From Perkinsus chesapeaki ATCC PRA-425 (taxonomy: Eukaryota; Protista; Perkinsozoa), in the NCBI GenBank assembly GCA_013115145.1, contig JAAPAO010000133.1:1-64000 (forward strand): DNA of 64,000 bases, written 5' to 3'. Below, one piece after another: positions 62,720 through 64,000 of the stretch (positions within the stretch are counted from its first letter, which is position 1; the number at the start of each line of letters is the position of its first letter). Position numbers and translations under genes: made by a program. The notes beneath the pieces are model-generated. The model was given only the letters and a program-made list of their open reading frames with translations, was not told the DNA's origin and ran no database searches.

Positions 62720-64000
62720 GCGTTGTAGCGTCGAACAGTAGGATCCTGTAGTGCCTGCAGCAATTAGCATGCCCATGATGATGATGCCGCCTTGGCAGCA
62801 GTAGCAGCTACCTACCCTGTCTTGGCTTTCATCTCCTCGAGGTTATCCGTGGACCCTTCATTCGACTGGAAATACTCATCAGCCGCCACCATATATTTCT
62901 GAACAGCCATCTTCATCAAACCAGCAGCACACTGTGGGCGCTTATCATCATCATCACCTGTGCCATCGGAAGATCCTTTCCTGTATAAAACTTCATCAAC
63001 GATAACACGTATCTGATAACAACTGCTAAGCTCCACCGCCTGCTATACCATCTTTACTGTGTCCTCGCTACATCACTTTCCCTTTCAGAGCCAGCAGCCT
63101 GCTGCTGCTGATGATGATTCAGAATGTGTCCTAATATATCCAAGCATTCATCTAACTCCACGGGTGATAGCGAAACAACAGTCCTATCATAACCTACAAC
63201 GAGACAAACTGCTTGAAAGATGATACTGGGGAATCACACAACGTCGTAATACGGATCCCAAAGGACCAGTTTCATAATACTACTACATACTACTATAACA
63301 CGAGCAGATGGACAAATACTAAACGCGTATCCTCGCTTAGCACTCCTCTACATGGCGGCGGTAAGGCAGCAGCAGCAAACATGATGCACTAGGGCGAGTG
63401 GGCGACGCTCACAATCTTGTGCTCGTTTGTAGAACCAACGATCACTAGTCTATGTACAGGGGCATAGTAAGTGCAGCACTATTGGTTACCAGGTTAATGC
63501 GATAATATTTAGTATTAAACAATATATATGTATAGTAAAGTAGTAAAATATTATTGCATTTCTCTTACCACCACCATCCCTTTTATAGCATCGATCATAA
63601 ATTACAATGAAATCGATTATACTATATTACCCTCGCAGCTCGTCTCTATCATCCACTCATATGCACTATATCGCCTATCAATACTAACAGGCCGTCGACC
63701 TAGCAGCCCACCAGATCTACGAAGTGCCTACACAGCTGTGGTAATAATAATAGCATATCACTCCTTACTATAGGCAACCATTCTCTATTGTCAATGGCAT
63801 TCTCAAGCCATTGTGAATATATCAATATAACCCTACCATAAAAGGACTTTGCCTGACATAAACCATTACACCATAACTCATCTACAACTACACCTTCAAT
63901 TCCTCTCCCATGGCCTGGAACACTCTTCCCATGTGAAAGTAGCACGGTGCTGTTCTAGGATCACTAGGACCAAACCGACCAGATGTTTGATGACAATCTG
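62720..64000 (-). CDS. 3' part of a hypothetical multi-exon helical protein (5' end beyond window)
   Basis: Exons YDRTVVSLSPVELDECLDILGHIL..., ELSSCYQIRVIVDEVLY...MKMAVQKYMVAADEYF and SQWLENAIDNREWLP, with GT/AG flanks. Confidence 0.45.

Overview
Gene-dense eukaryotic genomic window with many short (about 45-60 nt) GT-AG introns and tight intergenic spacers. The style suggests a Perkinsus-like alveolate protist (inference only, no database check). About 22 protein-coding genes are supportable. Recognisable ones are a Thr-rich tandem-repeat mucin, a PB1 protein with three UBA-like repeats, a D-threonine aldolase/DSD1-family PLP enzyme, a MARK/SNF1-like kinase, a GW-rich LOTUS-like protein, a GCFC2/PAXBP1-like splicing factor, Rab7, an ABCF ATPase, a DAO-family oxidoreductase, a Bfr1-like protein, a GYF protein, an MFSD5/MOT2 transporter, short-form RNase Z, a Polo-like kinase and a TOP6B-like GHKL protein; several others are hypothetical. 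There is one intact tRNA-Cys(GCA), antisense inside a kinase intron, and two tRNA-like relics. The standout is an intact, apparently very young 6.5 kb LTR retrotransposon (25724-32228) with a single 1948-aa gag-pol ORF and BEL/Pao-type RT/RNase H. Its 188-bp LTRs differ at one base and end in a 10-bp inverted repeat (AATTCAGTGT...ACACGGAATT) rather than TG...CA. It has a 4-bp TCTG target duplication and no recognisable tRNA primer-binding site. Exon boundaries were inferred by eye, so multi-exon gene coordinates are approximate spans.
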